DNA from: Candidatus Buchananbacteria bacterium
GTDB lineage: Bacteria > Patescibacteriota > Patescibacteriia > 2-01-FULL-39-33 > JBAYJR01
Reading direction: 5' to 3'
Length of the DNA stretch: 64,000 nucleotides
Assembly (NCBI GenBank): GCA_041665005.1
Contig: JBAYJR010000007.1
Location: 3,061 to 67,060, forward strand
A program made the position numbers and the translations under genes. Under the pieces are notes generated by a model, which was not told where the DNA came from, made no database searches, and saw only the letters and a program-made list of their open reading frames with translations. This document shows positions 27,723 to 37,319 of this stretch, piece after piece; position 1 is the stretch's first letter, and the number at the start of each line of letters is the position of its first letter.

Positions 27723-28127
27723 ATGTTACATTTTAAAAAAATCTTACCTTATTTAACTCTAAGTCTACTACTTGGTTTAATCATTTTACCAAACTTACTG
27801 CAGGCCGCTGAGACTACCATATCTAACGCTAGCGTAGCTAATGTTATGATTAGTTTAAATACCATTGCTGGTACAACTGGCTTAAATGTAATCACTAAAG
27901 ACACTTTAGTGACTAAAGTTGGCGCTTTTTTAAAAACTGTTTTTGGTTACCTTGGTGCTCTTTTTTTAATCTTGGTAATTTACGCCGGCTTTCTATGGAT
28001 GACAGCCGGGGGGAATGAAGATAATATTAAAAAAGGAAAAAACATTATCACTTGGGCAGTGCTTGGCTTAGCAGTGATTGCTGCGGCCTACACTATTACT
28101 GCTACCGTTTTATCAATTATCAAATAA
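27723..28127 (+). CDS. T4SS-pilin-like protein paralog 4
   Basis: WMTAGGNEDNIKKGK core. Confidence 0.6.
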   Translation: MLHFKKILPYLTLSLLLGLIILPNLLQAAETTISNASVANVMISLNTIAGTTGLNVITKDTLVTKVGAFLKTVFGYLGALFLILVIYAGFLWMTAGGNEDNIKKGKNIITWAVLGLAVIAAAYTITATVLSIIK

Positions 28128-28132
28128 TTTTT

Positions 28133-28513
28133 ATGAAAAAGTTTAAACTTGCGGGTTTATTAATAATTCTAGGCTTAATTATTTTGCCTCAATTAAGCTT
28201 GGCGGCCGTAGATTTTAACACTCAATTAAACTCTTTAGCTACTAGTGCTGGCTATGACACCAGTAGCGCTGTCAGCTTAACCTCTACCATTGGCAAAATT
28301 ATTAATTACTTACTAGGTTTTTTAGGAATCATCGCCTTATTAATTGTTATTTGGGCGGGTTTTAACTGGATGACAGCTGGCGGTAATGATGACAAAATCA
28401 GTTCCGCTAAAAGTTGGATGGTTAACGGTTTTATCGGTTTAGTTATTATTATTTTTGCTTACGCTATTTCTACTTTTGTCATTACTCAAATTCAAGCCTT
28501 TGCCAGTAAATAA
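28133..28513 (+). CDS. T4SS-pilin-like protein paralog 5
   Basis: WMTAGGNDDKISSAK core; a 5-nt gap from paralog 4. Confidence 0.6.
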   Translation: MKKFKLAGLLIILGLIILPQLSLAAVDFNTQLNSLATSAGYDTSSAVSLTSTIGKIINYLLGFLGIIALLIVIWAGFNWMTAGGNDDKISSAKSWMVNGFIGLVIIIFAYAISTFVITQIQAFASK

Positions 28514-28517
28514 TTTT

Positions 28518-29030
28518 ATGAAAAAATACTTGGCTCAATTTTTGTTTTTAAGTTTAGCCACCTTGATATTGACTATCCCTTTTTTGGCTTTTGCACAACT
28601 ATCAAGTGGTTTAACTACTAATATCAACAGCCAGTTAGACAGTGCCGCTGGTGGGGCTTACCAAACCGGTCAAAAACTTAATCCCGGACAAACCATTGCC
28701 ACTATTACTAACTACTGCCTAAGCTTTTTAATGTTAATTTCCGTGCTTATTATTATCTACGCCGGCTTTACCTGGATGACAGCTGGTGGTAATGATGACA
28801 AGGTTGCTCAAGCTAAAAGTTGGATCATCAACAGTATTATTGGTTTAATAATTATTTTAGCAGCCTACGCTATTAGCGCTTTTGTATTTAGTTTTATACT
28901 AGATGTAACAAAAGGTTCTAGTTCTACTAGTGAAGCAAACGACCCTTGTAATCCAAATCCCTGTTCAGCAAACCAAACTTGTGGAAGTGATGGTGCTGGA
29001 GGATATGAATGTCTACCCATAGAAACCTAA
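28518..29030 (+). CDS. T4SS-pilin-like protein paralog 6 with C-terminal EGF-like Cys module
   Basis: WMTAGGNDDKVAQAK core and a DPCNPNPCSANQTCGSDGAGGYEC tail. Confidence 0.6.
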   Translation: MKKYLAQFLFLSLATLILTIPFLAFAQLSSGLTTNINSQLDSAAGGAYQTGQKLNPGQTIATITNYCLSFLMLISVLIIIYAGFTWMTAGGNDDKVAQAKSWIINSIIGLIIILAAYAISAFVFSFILDVTKGSSSTSEANDPCNPNPCSANQTCGSDGAGGYECLPIET

Positions 29031-29047
29031 AAATATAAAGCATTACT

Positions 29048-29077
29048 AAAACAGCGTCTAATTAGGCGCTGTTTTTT
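29048..29077 (+). terminator. intrinsic terminator after the pilin array
   Basis: Stem aaacagcg/cgctgttt followed by T6. Confidence 0.55.
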
Positions 29078-29125
29078 AAAAAATCAATTTGTTTTTATGC
29101 TAAAAAAATTATAGAATTAACCCAT

Positions 29126-31108
29126 ATGCTAAATTGGTTTAAAAAATATCAAACCAGTAAACTATATTATCCTCTAATTTTAGGGCTATTGATTTCGATT
29201 TATTTAATCATCAATGGCGCTTACTGCTTTTTAAAATTAAACAATAACCATTACAATGCCTTGGACCTGGGTATTTATACTAATGTCTTTTACAACACTG
29301 CTCATGGCGCTAATTTTATTTCCAGTATCCATCCACCTTCATATTTAGGCGATCATTTAGAGCTCCTAATTTGGCCTTTAGCCAAGTTTTATCAATTATT
29401 ACCAACTCCACTAACTCTACTGTGGTTGCAGACCCTATTTTTGGCTTTAGCAGCTTGGCCGATTTATCTAATTGCAAAAAAAATCTTAAACCAAAATTGG
29501 GCCTTATTTTTTGCCGCTTGGTGGCTACTTAATCCTTTTGTTCAAAACATCAACTTATTTGAATTTCATTTACTAGCCTTCGCACCGTTTTTTCTGTTTT
29601 GGGTTTATTATTTTTGGCAAAAATCAAGTTGGCTAAATTTTTTCATTTTCAGTGCCATTAGTTTATTAATCCGGGAAGATGTGGCCTTGGTCATCGCTAT
29701 GTTTGGTTTATTATCTTTAACTAACAAAAAATATTTTCTTGCTGATTATAAATTTTCCTGGTCTAAGTTTTTAGTCTGGGTAATCACCCCCATAATCTTG
29801 GGGGGAGTTTGGTTTGTTGTTGCCAATCAATTAATTGCCGGTTTTAACGCCGATCAACATTATAAATTTTTTTACTACTACCAATGGTTAGGCAATAACT
29901 GGTCGGAATTATTACTCAATTTAATCGTTAAACCTCAATTGGTTTGGCCAACTCTACTAAGTTTTAATAACATCTTTATCGTCTTAGGGTTATTAGCACC
30001 TTGGTTATTTTTACCAATACTCGCGCCAGTTACTCTAATTTTAACCCTGCCAATTTTTTTACAATACTTATTATCAGTAACTAATCCCATAATTTTAACC
30101 TTGCACTATCCCGCTTTATTGCTACCGGGTTTATTAATTGCCAGTTCATTTGGTTTAGCTAAATTACTTAAAAAACCGCCAATATGGTTAAGTTTTTTAG
30201 CCAAAGAAAAAAGTCTAATTGTTATTTCCTTAACGGCCACCACGCTATACACTTGCTTAATTGCCGGACCAATCACCGGCTTAACAACAGAGCTGAAAAC
30301 TAAACCCGAGGTCTTGGCAGGCGAGATATTAAAATCCATCAAATCAGACCAAACTTTAATGGTAAGTGATACTTGGCTAACTTCAACGGCTAATCGTTCC
30401 AATATCTTTTTATTACGCTATTGGTTTTGGGGGCAACAACAATTTTCCAGCAAAAGCTATTCCTTTCCTGAAACCACTCAACAGATTTTAATTAACAGCG
30501 ATGACCTAATTAATTATTCCTTAATTAAACGTCCCTGGGTAATGCTTACCGGAGCCAAAGATAGTGCTATACGACTCCGGCAACTCCTAGAAAAATATCA
30601 TTTTGGCTGCCAATTATATTATGGCCATTATTTATTACTACAAAAAGACTTGGTTAATAACTGCCTTTATGAACAAACCACGCAAGCTCCTAAAAATTTA
30701 AGTTACAAAAAATTTAATCTGCCCCTAGAACTACTTGGTTATGAAACAGCTAAAACCCTAAATTTTGGTGGAGTAAAATTTTTACCACTAAATTTATTTT
30801 GGCAAAAAACTTCAACTATTGACCTGGATCTATTTTTAAAAACCACTTGGTTAAACCAAGTGGGGGAAATTTTAAAAACTGATTATTATCCTTTGGCCCT
30901 AGGGTTTTATCCACCCTCAGATTGGCCAACTAACCAAACGGTGATTACTAAATACAACCTTAGCCAGCCAAGCACTAACCAAAAAATTTATTTAAAATTA
31001 GAATTAGTTTATTTAACCGGACACCTGACTACTGCCAGCAACCGCGCTAGCTTGCGGGAACTAGGCCAAGAAAAAAGTTTGGGCAGTAAAATAATTATGA
31101 TGCCTTAA
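29126..31108 (+). CDS. DUF2079-like polytopic membrane protein (putative GT-C glycosyltransferase)
   Basis: An ALDLGIY...HG motif near the N-terminus and more than 10 TM segments. Confidence 0.4.
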   Translation: MLNWFKKYQTSKLYYPLILGLLISIYLIINGAYCFLKLNNNHYNALDLGIYTNVFYNTAHGANFISSIHPPSYLGDHLELLIWPLAKFYQLLPTPLTLLWLQTLFLALAAWPIYLIAKKILNQNWALFFAAWWLLNPFVQNINLFEFHLLAFAPFFLFWVYYFWQKSSWLNFFIFSAISLLIREDVALVIAMFGLLSLTNKKYFLADYKFSWSKFLVWVITPIILGGVWFVVANQLIAGFNADQHYKFFYYYQWLGNNWSELLLNLIVKPQLVWPTLLSFNNIFIVLGLLAPWLFLPILAPVTLILTLPIFLQYLLSVTNPIILTLHYPALLLPGLLIASSFGLAKLLKKPPIWLSFLAKEKSLIVISLTATTLYTCLIAGPITGLTTELKTKPEVLAGEILKSIKSDQTLMVSDTWLTSTANRSNIFLLRYWFWGQQQFSSKSYSFPETTQQILINSDDLINYSLIKRPWVMLTGAKDSAIRLRQLLEKYHFGCQLYYGHYLLLQKDLVNNCLYEQTTQAPKNLSYKKFNLPLELLGYETAKTLNFGGVKFLPLNLFWQKTSTIDLDLFLKTTWLNQVGEILKTDYYPLALGFYPPSDWPTNQTVITKYNLSQPSTNQKIYLKLELVYLTGHLTTASNRASLRELGQEKSLGSKIIMMP

Positions 31109-32766
31109 TTTATTACTTGATAAATACTGACTGCGGAATTTTGATAAACTAGCTGTAAATAATCTTTTTGGGCGGGAGAAAAACTACCATAAGCCTTTTC
31201 ATTATCAGAATAGAACAAATAGTTAATCTTGTTTTGTCGCAACCAAGCGGCTTTTTTGTCATCTAAATTATTGGTACGTAATAACCAAACTACCTGCCAA
31301 AATTTTTCTTGATGAAACCACACTGTTTCCACTCCATGACCGGCGTAAACCGTCCGATTAGTCCAACCGGGAATAAAATTACCATAAAGATCTCCCGCCA
31401 AAATCACCGCTTCTGCTTTAGTGTTGTTTTTAAGCCAACTAAACGCGGCGTCCACTGGCCGCAAAATAAACACCGGGTCCCAATGGTTAAGATTGGCTTC
31501 TAAGTGCCGCCCGACGATAAATAGGTTTGATAAAATTATAAGGCCGCCAACTAAAAAACAAAATACTTTAATCTGCCAATTATTAGTCCTTAGAAATTTT
31601 ATTATTTTAATTAACCAAGTAGCTTGGCGTAAATAACTAACACTCAAAACTACTAGCGGTAGCCACCAACCTTCTACTAAACGACGTTGAAAGGCTACCG
31701 GAGAGTAAATTAAAACCGCCCCAACAATAAACCAGCACAATAAAAAAATCTCAATAGTATTTTTATCAGATTTTCTGGCTAAACTCCAGGCACCTAAACT
31801 AGCAAATAACCACCAGGGAAAATAACTAGCTAAGGTTAAATACCAAATGGTGGTCGGTAAAACATTCTGAAAATTTCTAATCTGTACCAACCAATCTACC
31901 TTCATTAACCATAGCCAATAAATAACCGCGGGCGAACAAAGTATGATTATAACAAAAAAGTTTTTTAAACCAAACCAATAAATTTTTTTAAGCCTTAAGG
32001 TCTGAATTAATAGATAGCTGCCAAGTACTGCTAAAACCGTAACCAAATAAAAAGGATGAGACTGAATCAAAATCAAAGCACTTAAGCCGGCTCCTAAACT
32101 CCAAACTATCTTTTGCCGCGTTTCTGCCAACAAGAAAAAATAAAAAGTTAACAGTAAAAAACTAAAAGATAAAATTTGATGGGGCAGATGGATTAGGCTG
32201 GTAAAAAAACTAAACTCCGGCACCCACAAATCCATCGGAATATTATAATACCCCAAACCACCCTGATAAGTTGGCAAGTAATTAATTAAGCCATATAGTA
32301 AAAATCCGCACCCACTACCAAAGAAGGCCAAGCCCAGAGTTAAATTGCGAGTTAGCCCTTTGCTAACAAATAAACCAACCAACAAATAAACTACCCAGAC
32401 CCCCAAAGGAATTAACAACATTTTATACAAAAACAAAGCCCAGACCGGGGCTAAATTAAAAAACTTGGCCAATAAACCGTTACTCCAAAAAAATAAATTA
32501 AAAAAGCTTGCCTGGTGGCTTTCACTAGTAAAGAGGTCTTTAAATAACCACTGCCCGGATTTGACTTGTTGAATATATGAATAATAAACATTATAGTCGC
32601 CGGGCGTTAAAGTAGTAATACCGGTATAAACAAAATTATCACCCTGAGAGGCTAAACCAGAACCAAAAATAAACAAACTAATCAACAAAAAAATTGCCGA
32701 GATTAAAAAGAATAGTTGATGTTCTATAAAAAAATATTTCAAATTTTCTACTAAACGCTTGGCCAT
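31105..32766 (-). CDS. polytopic membrane protein, putative glycosyltransferase (YfhO/GT-C-like)
   Basis: A large hydrophobic protein in the glycosylation operon. Confidence 0.35.
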   Translation of the reverse strand: MAKRLVENLKYFFIEHQLFFLISAIFLLISLFIFGSGLASQGDNFVYTGITTLTPGDYNVYYSYIQQVKSGQWLFKDLFTSESHQASFFNLFFWSNGLLAKFFNLAPVWALFLYKMLLIPLGVWVVYLLVGLFVSKGLTRNLTLGLAFFGSGCGFLLYGLINYLPTYQGGLGYYNIPMDLWVPEFSFFTSLIHLPHQILSFSFLLLTFYFFLLAETRQKIVWSLGAGLSALILIQSHPFYLVTVLAVLGSYLLIQTLRLKKIYWFGLKNFFVIIILCSPAVIYWLWLMKVDWLVQIRNFQNVLPTTIWYLTLASYFPWWLFASLGAWSLARKSDKNTIEIFLLCWFIVGAVLIYSPVAFQRRLVEGWWLPLVVLSVSYLRQATWLIKIIKFLRTNNWQIKVFCFLVGGLIILSNLFIVGRHLEANLNHWDPVFILRPVDAAFSWLKNNTKAEAVILAGDLYGNFIPGWTNRTVYAGHGVETVWFHQEKFWQVVWLLRTNNLDDKKAAWLRQNKINYLFYSDNEKAYGSFSPAQKDYLQLVYQNSAVSIYQVIN

Positions 32767-32773
32767 AAATTTT

Positions 32774-34249
32774 TTAGTTTTCTTTTACTTTTGGCTTGAC
32801 TAGCAGGCTCTCAAATAGCCTCAAAGAAAATCTATTGATCTCTGGATAATACATCACATAAAAAGCGATCATTATGTTAAGCGCCTTAAAAACACTAAAA
32901 TAGTTTAAAAAGCCTAATAAGGTTAGAGTTAAAACTAATTTACGATAAAATAGTTTTTCACTCAGCAAACATAATGCGATCGGCCAAAGAAAATACCAAG
33001 GCTGAACCCAACCAGCAACCAACACTAAATAACCCAAAAAGGCCAAAGCACTAAGTTCAAACAATCTAAAAACTTTAGGGTCTTTTTTAAAGAGCCAACC
33101 AAGTATTAAAAAGACAACCGCTAAGACCGCGTAACCCAAAAATACTACTTGCGACTCACAAATAAATACACTTCCTAGCCCCACTTTAAAAGAAACCCCA
33201 AAAGCTAATAAAGATTGTAAAAAACTAGAGGTGGCTATATTACAAAGCCCTGATACCGCCCTAATACCATTTAAAAAAGAAAGATTAAACCCAAATGGCG
33301 CTAAAACAAACAAAACCAGTAGGCTTGCTGTCAATAAAAAACCTAATAAAAGTTTTAATAACTTGTCTAGTTTATTATTTAAAACCAAAAATAACAAAAA
33401 AAATGGCGCCACTATAATTGAAGTAAGTTTAGTAAAAAAGGCACAAACTAAAAAAATAAGGCTGGTTAAAATTTTATCCTGCAATAAAAAATAGCCGGCT
33501 AGTAAAATAAAAAAAATCATAAAAACATCATTGTGGCCATTTAACAATAGCTCCAGCAAAACCAACGGATTCCAGAGCCACAAGTAGAGCACTTGGTTGG
33601 TAAATTTACTGTTGAATTTTGTTGAAATTAGATAGATAACAAAGGCACAACCCCAGAAAAAAACTAAATTTAATATTTTAAAACTCAAAAAGTTTAACCA
33701 AAAACAATTACCAAATAATTTGCTAGGTAGCCAATATAATAAAAACTGTACCGGGCCATAGGGAGAAAGGGTTTTATCCCAAACAGTCGCATGATACACC
33801 GGGTCGGCGCTAAATAAGTCGGTAGTAATTAAATAAGGGCTAAAACTATAATTGCTCAAAACCTTACTTTGTATTAAATAAGTATAGAAATCCGTTGATA
33901 ACAACGGCAGGGAAACAACAGCAATTAAACAAAAAACTAAGCTAAACCATAACAATCGCTTAGTTGTTGTCTGACTGTTGTCTATTTTCTTCCAAAAATA
34001 AACAAACGAAAAAACAAATAAAAAAATAGCTATCACCAAGATAACCGTTAAAACATTATTCTTAGGCGGTAAGTTGTGGTCGTTAAAGAAATAACTTTTG
34101 GCATAAGAAACAAGCGCTAATATTAAAAGAAGTAACGACCAGTAAAAGCTGGCCCGCATTAAAAAGCCTTCCCTACTAAACACCTGCAATACTGGCTTAA
34201 AAAATTTATTCATGTGACTAGTTATCAAAAAATATTTAACGGCCTTCAA
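32774..34249 (-). CDS. polytopic membrane protein, DUF2029/GT87-like putative mannosyltransferase
   Basis: Hydrophobic; LSPYGPVQ motif. Family uncertain. Confidence 0.35.
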   Translation of the reverse strand: MKAVKYFLITSHMNKFFKPVLQVFSREGFLMRASFYWSLLLLILALVSYAKSYFFNDHNLPPKNNVLTVILVIAIFLFVFSFVYFWKKIDNSQTTTKRLLWFSLVFCLIAVVSLPLLSTDFYTYLIQSKVLSNYSFSPYLITTDLFSADPVYHATVWDKTLSPYGPVQFLLYWLPSKLFGNCFWLNFLSFKILNLVFFWGCAFVIYLISTKFNSKFTNQVLYLWLWNPLVLLELLLNGHNDVFMIFFILLAGYFLLQDKILTSLIFLVCAFFTKLTSIIVAPFFLLFLVLNNKLDKLLKLLLGFLLTASLLVLFVLAPFGFNLSFLNGIRAVSGLCNIATSSFLQSLLAFGVSFKVGLGSVFICESQVVFLGYAVLAVVFLILGWLFKKDPKVFRLFELSALAFLGYLVLVAGWVQPWYFLWPIALCLLSEKLFYRKLVLTLTLLGFLNYFSVFKALNIMIAFYVMYYPEINRFSLRLFESLLVKPKVKEN

Positions 34250-34262
34250 AAAACCTTGAGAC

Positions 34263-34970
34263 TCATCTTTTAATTTTAAAAAATAATCTGACTATTTGCC
34301 GAAGATATTGCCAACTCAACCTAAAAGTTGAAACCTTACTGGGCCGCTTACTTTCCCGCCAAATAACCGGGATTTCTAATATTTTAAACCTGGACTGTTG
34401 GGCTTTAATTAACAACTCAGTATCAAAAAACCATTCATTATTTTCCACCAACGGCAAAATCTCTCGTTTTACTCTTTCGTTAATCGCTTTAAAGCCACAC
34501 GGCGCATCCTTAGTTTTTAAGTTTAAAATCAACCTGGTTAATAAACTATAACCTATTGAGGTCAGTCGACGTAAAAGATTTCGCCCAATTACTTTTGAAC
34601 CAACTAAAAAACGAGAGCCGACTACTACCTCATAGCCACTAGCTATTCCTTTAATCAAGACGGGAACAGCTTCTAGCCCGGTGGCCAAATCAACGTCCAT
34701 AAAAATATAAACATCGGCCCTAAACTTTTGCCAAGCAGTCCGAATAGCTAGGCCTTTGCCTTTTTGCGGAACAAACATATAACTTACTGCCTGATATTTT
34801 ATTGATAATTCCTGTGCAATAACCGCCGTTTGATCCGTGGAGTCATTATCGGCAATAATTATCTGCCAGGCCTCCGTTAAATTTTTATGACAAAAATCAA
34901 CCAACTGTTCGAGGCTGAGTGCTAAAATTTCTTGTTCATTATAAACTGGCAATACTATTAAAACCTTCAT
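34263..34970 (-). CDS. family-2 glycosyltransferase (Dpm1-like)
   Basis: LPVYNEQE...ADNDSTD GT2 motifs. Confidence 0.7.
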   Translation of the reverse strand: MKVLIVLPVYNEQEILALSLEQLVDFCHKNLTEAWQIIIADNDSTDQTAVIAQELSIKYQAVSYMFVPQKGKGLAIRTAWQKFRADVYIFMDVDLATGLEAVPVLIKGIASGYEVVVGSRFLVGSKVIGRNLLRRLTSIGYSLLTRLILNLKTKDAPCGFKAINERVKREILPLVENNEWFFDTELLIKAQQSRFKILEIPVIWRESKRPSKVSTFRLSWQYLRQIVRLFFKIKR

Positions 34971-34972
34971 CG

Positions 34973-35674
34973 CTATTTTTTGCTAATTAGTTTAAAAATT
35001 ATCACAAAAAATTCTAATATTACTTTCAACCCCAATTTTGACCGACCTTTTTGACGGTCTTTAAAAATAATTGGGATCTCCTTAATATGCAACTTCAGTT
35101 TTTCCGCCCAAAAAATAGTTTCTTCCTGAAAAGCATAGCCATTGCTCTTAATTTTACCGAGTGGTAAGGCTTGTAAAGCCTTGACACTGTAAGCACGAAA
35201 ACCGGTAGTTGCGTCTTTAGTTTTTAAACCTAATAACCAACGCGAAAAATAATTAGCTGAAGATGAAGTAAAATACCGCCAGGCACTCCAGCCAACAATT
35301 TTTCCACCAACTATTCGCCGAGAACCAATCACAAGATCGTAACCACTATTAACCCCTTTAATAAAATCGGAAATCCTTTGGGGTTCATGAGAAAAATCCG
35401 CATCCATCTGAAAAGCTATACCAAAGCCATTGGCTAGGGCATAAGCAAAGCCCGCCTGATAAGCTGTTCCTAGTCCTAACTTTTTTACTCGATGAATAAC
35501 TTTTATCGGATACCTTTGCGCCAATTGATCTGCTAGCTGCCCCGTACCATCCGGGGAATTATCATCAATAATTAAAATTTCTAAGTCAGTAATAGCTAAA
35601 GCAAAAATCTCCGCTACCAATCTGGCCAAATTTTCTTGCTCATTATAAGTTGGTAAAATAACTAAAATTTTCAT
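34973..35674 (-). CDS. polyprenol-phosphate mannosyltransferase-like GT2 (Dpm1/Ppm1 family)
   Basis: ILPTYNEQENL...IIDDNSPDGT. Confidence 0.7.
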   Translation of the reverse strand: MKILVILPTYNEQENLARLVAEIFALAITDLEILIIDDNSPDGTGQLADQLAQRYPIKVIHRVKKLGLGTAYQAGFAYALANGFGIAFQMDADFSHEPQRISDFIKGVNSGYDLVIGSRRIVGGKIVGWSAWRYFTSSSANYFSRWLLGLKTKDATTGFRAYSVKALQALPLGKIKSNGYAFQEETIFWAEKLKLHIKEIPIIFKDRQKGRSKLGLKVILEFFVIIFKLISKK

Positions 35675-37311
35675 AACACTTCAAAAATATAAGCTTGGCT
35701 ATCTTGATAAACTCTTTTAAAACCCGCATCGCGTAAAATATTGATTAAAAAATCTTGGTGGTATTTATCAATCAGCACATACTGCGCCTTAAAATCTTGT
35801 TTAAGTAATCGCCATAAGTCTTGTTTTTGCTCACCAAGAGTAATACTAACCATTTCTTGATAAAGCGTGGGATTTTGCAAATACAAAAAAGTGGGATCCA
35901 GACCTAATAAATATACATTATGATCGTTATAATACCAAATTTCTGGCCAAGTGCTCCAGTTGTCATGAAACACTAAAGAGCCTTTGGTGGTATTATTTTT
36001 TAACCACTGACTGGCGCCCGCTAAGTAAAAATAATCTATTCGATTACTAGCTAAATCGCGATGCGAAGAAATTAAACCAAACAACCAAGCAAAAATTAGT
36101 GCAACCACAAAATAACCAACAATGAGGCTTTTAAACTGAGAAAAGTTTTTTAAGTACCCGGCAATTAAATCATTTATTTTTTGAAATAACCCCCGCCGAG
36201 TCTGCCAAATATCAGCTAGCGAAAAAACAATAAATAATAAAAACAAGGGGACAAAATATTCAATATTGCGAGCGGCGCGCAAAGTAAGCGCTAAAAAAAA
36301 TAAAGTCAGCCAGCCCAAAACTATCGTATTTCTTTTTTGACAGCGCCAACCGCCCATAAACCACAAAACCATTAAAAAAATAAATACAGCAAACAATAAA
36401 TTGTTTTGAGAGATTAGGTTAGTCACGCCAAAAGGATACCATTCGCCACCAACTTTAATTTGACTGGCGTAATTATAAATAGCAATCTGACCAATTTGTT
36501 GCCAATAAAATTTCAAATTTTGCGGAAAAAAAGGATTGATAATTACTCCCGCTGTTAAGGCGGTAATAATTAAAATAATCTGACGAAAATTTAACCAAGC
36601 CCAAAAATTAAACCAGACCAACGGGAAAAATCTTTTTAGTCTAAGCCAAAATTTATTAGCCAAATATTGCCCAGACTCTAACGCAAAAAATAGACTATTA
36701 ACTAAATTATTAATCACCACCAAAACCAAAACCAACGGCCAACTGCCATGCAACCAGACAAAGAAAAAAGACAACCCGAAAACCCAGCCATTACGACGCT
36801 GACGCAAAAAATAAAAAATTAGCAACAACAAAACTACTGACAACATTGGCGCTTTGGCTAGGCCGGCTCTAAATAAAAAAGCAGCCGAACTAAATAGTAA
36901 TAAAGCTCCCGCAATTGTCGCCTTAGGTTCTTTGCGATAAATTAGCCAAGCTACTGCCAACACCGCCAAGCTGGCAAAAAAGATTGCCGAAAGCTTAAGG
37001 CCTAACAACGGCGGAAAAAAACTAACAAAAGGAATTAAAAAAATATGGTACAAAAAATGTTGATTAGCAAAATTATCCTTAAGCATAGTTAAGGGTAGCC
37101 AGGGAAACTCTTTTAACAACGTCCCTTGTTTAACCAACAAGGCCATTTTGGCGTGATAAAAAGAGTCTGGATCTACTAAGCCAGTAAAGTTCTGTAAATA
37201 ACAAAAAAATAGCACGCTAAGTGCTAAAATTATTAACCCACTTAACCAAAAATTTCTAGTCAAGTAGTTATTTGCCAAAATAATTTTTTTAAAAAAAATT
37301 TGCCGGGACAT
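35671..37311 (-). CDS. GT-C-fold membrane glycosyltransferase (PMT/ArnT-like)
   Basis: About 12 TM segments, with a DPDSFYH motif in the first loop. Confidence 0.4.
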   Translation of the reverse strand: MSRQIFFKKIILANNYLTRNFWLSGLIILALSVLFFCYLQNFTGLVDPDSFYHAKMALLVKQGTLLKEFPWLPLTMLKDNFANQHFLYHIFLIPFVSFFPPLLGLKLSAIFFASLAVLAVAWLIYRKEPKATIAGALLLFSSAAFLFRAGLAKAPMLSVVLLLLIFYFLRQRRNGWVFGLSFFFVWLHGSWPLVLVLVVINNLVNSLFFALESGQYLANKFWLRLKRFFPLVWFNFWAWLNFRQIILIITALTAGVIINPFFPQNLKFYWQQIGQIAIYNYASQIKVGGEWYPFGVTNLISQNNLLFAVFIFLMVLWFMGGWRCQKRNTIVLGWLTLFFLALTLRAARNIEYFVPLFLLFIVFSLADIWQTRRGLFQKINDLIAGYLKNFSQFKSLIVGYFVVALIFAWLFGLISSHRDLASNRIDYFYLAGASQWLKNNTTKGSLVFHDNWSTWPEIWYYNDHNVYLLGLDPTFLYLQNPTLYQEMVSITLGEQKQDLWRLLKQDFKAQYVLIDKYHQDFLINILRDAGFKRVYQDSQAYIFEVL

Positions 37312-37319
37312 AGCCTTTA

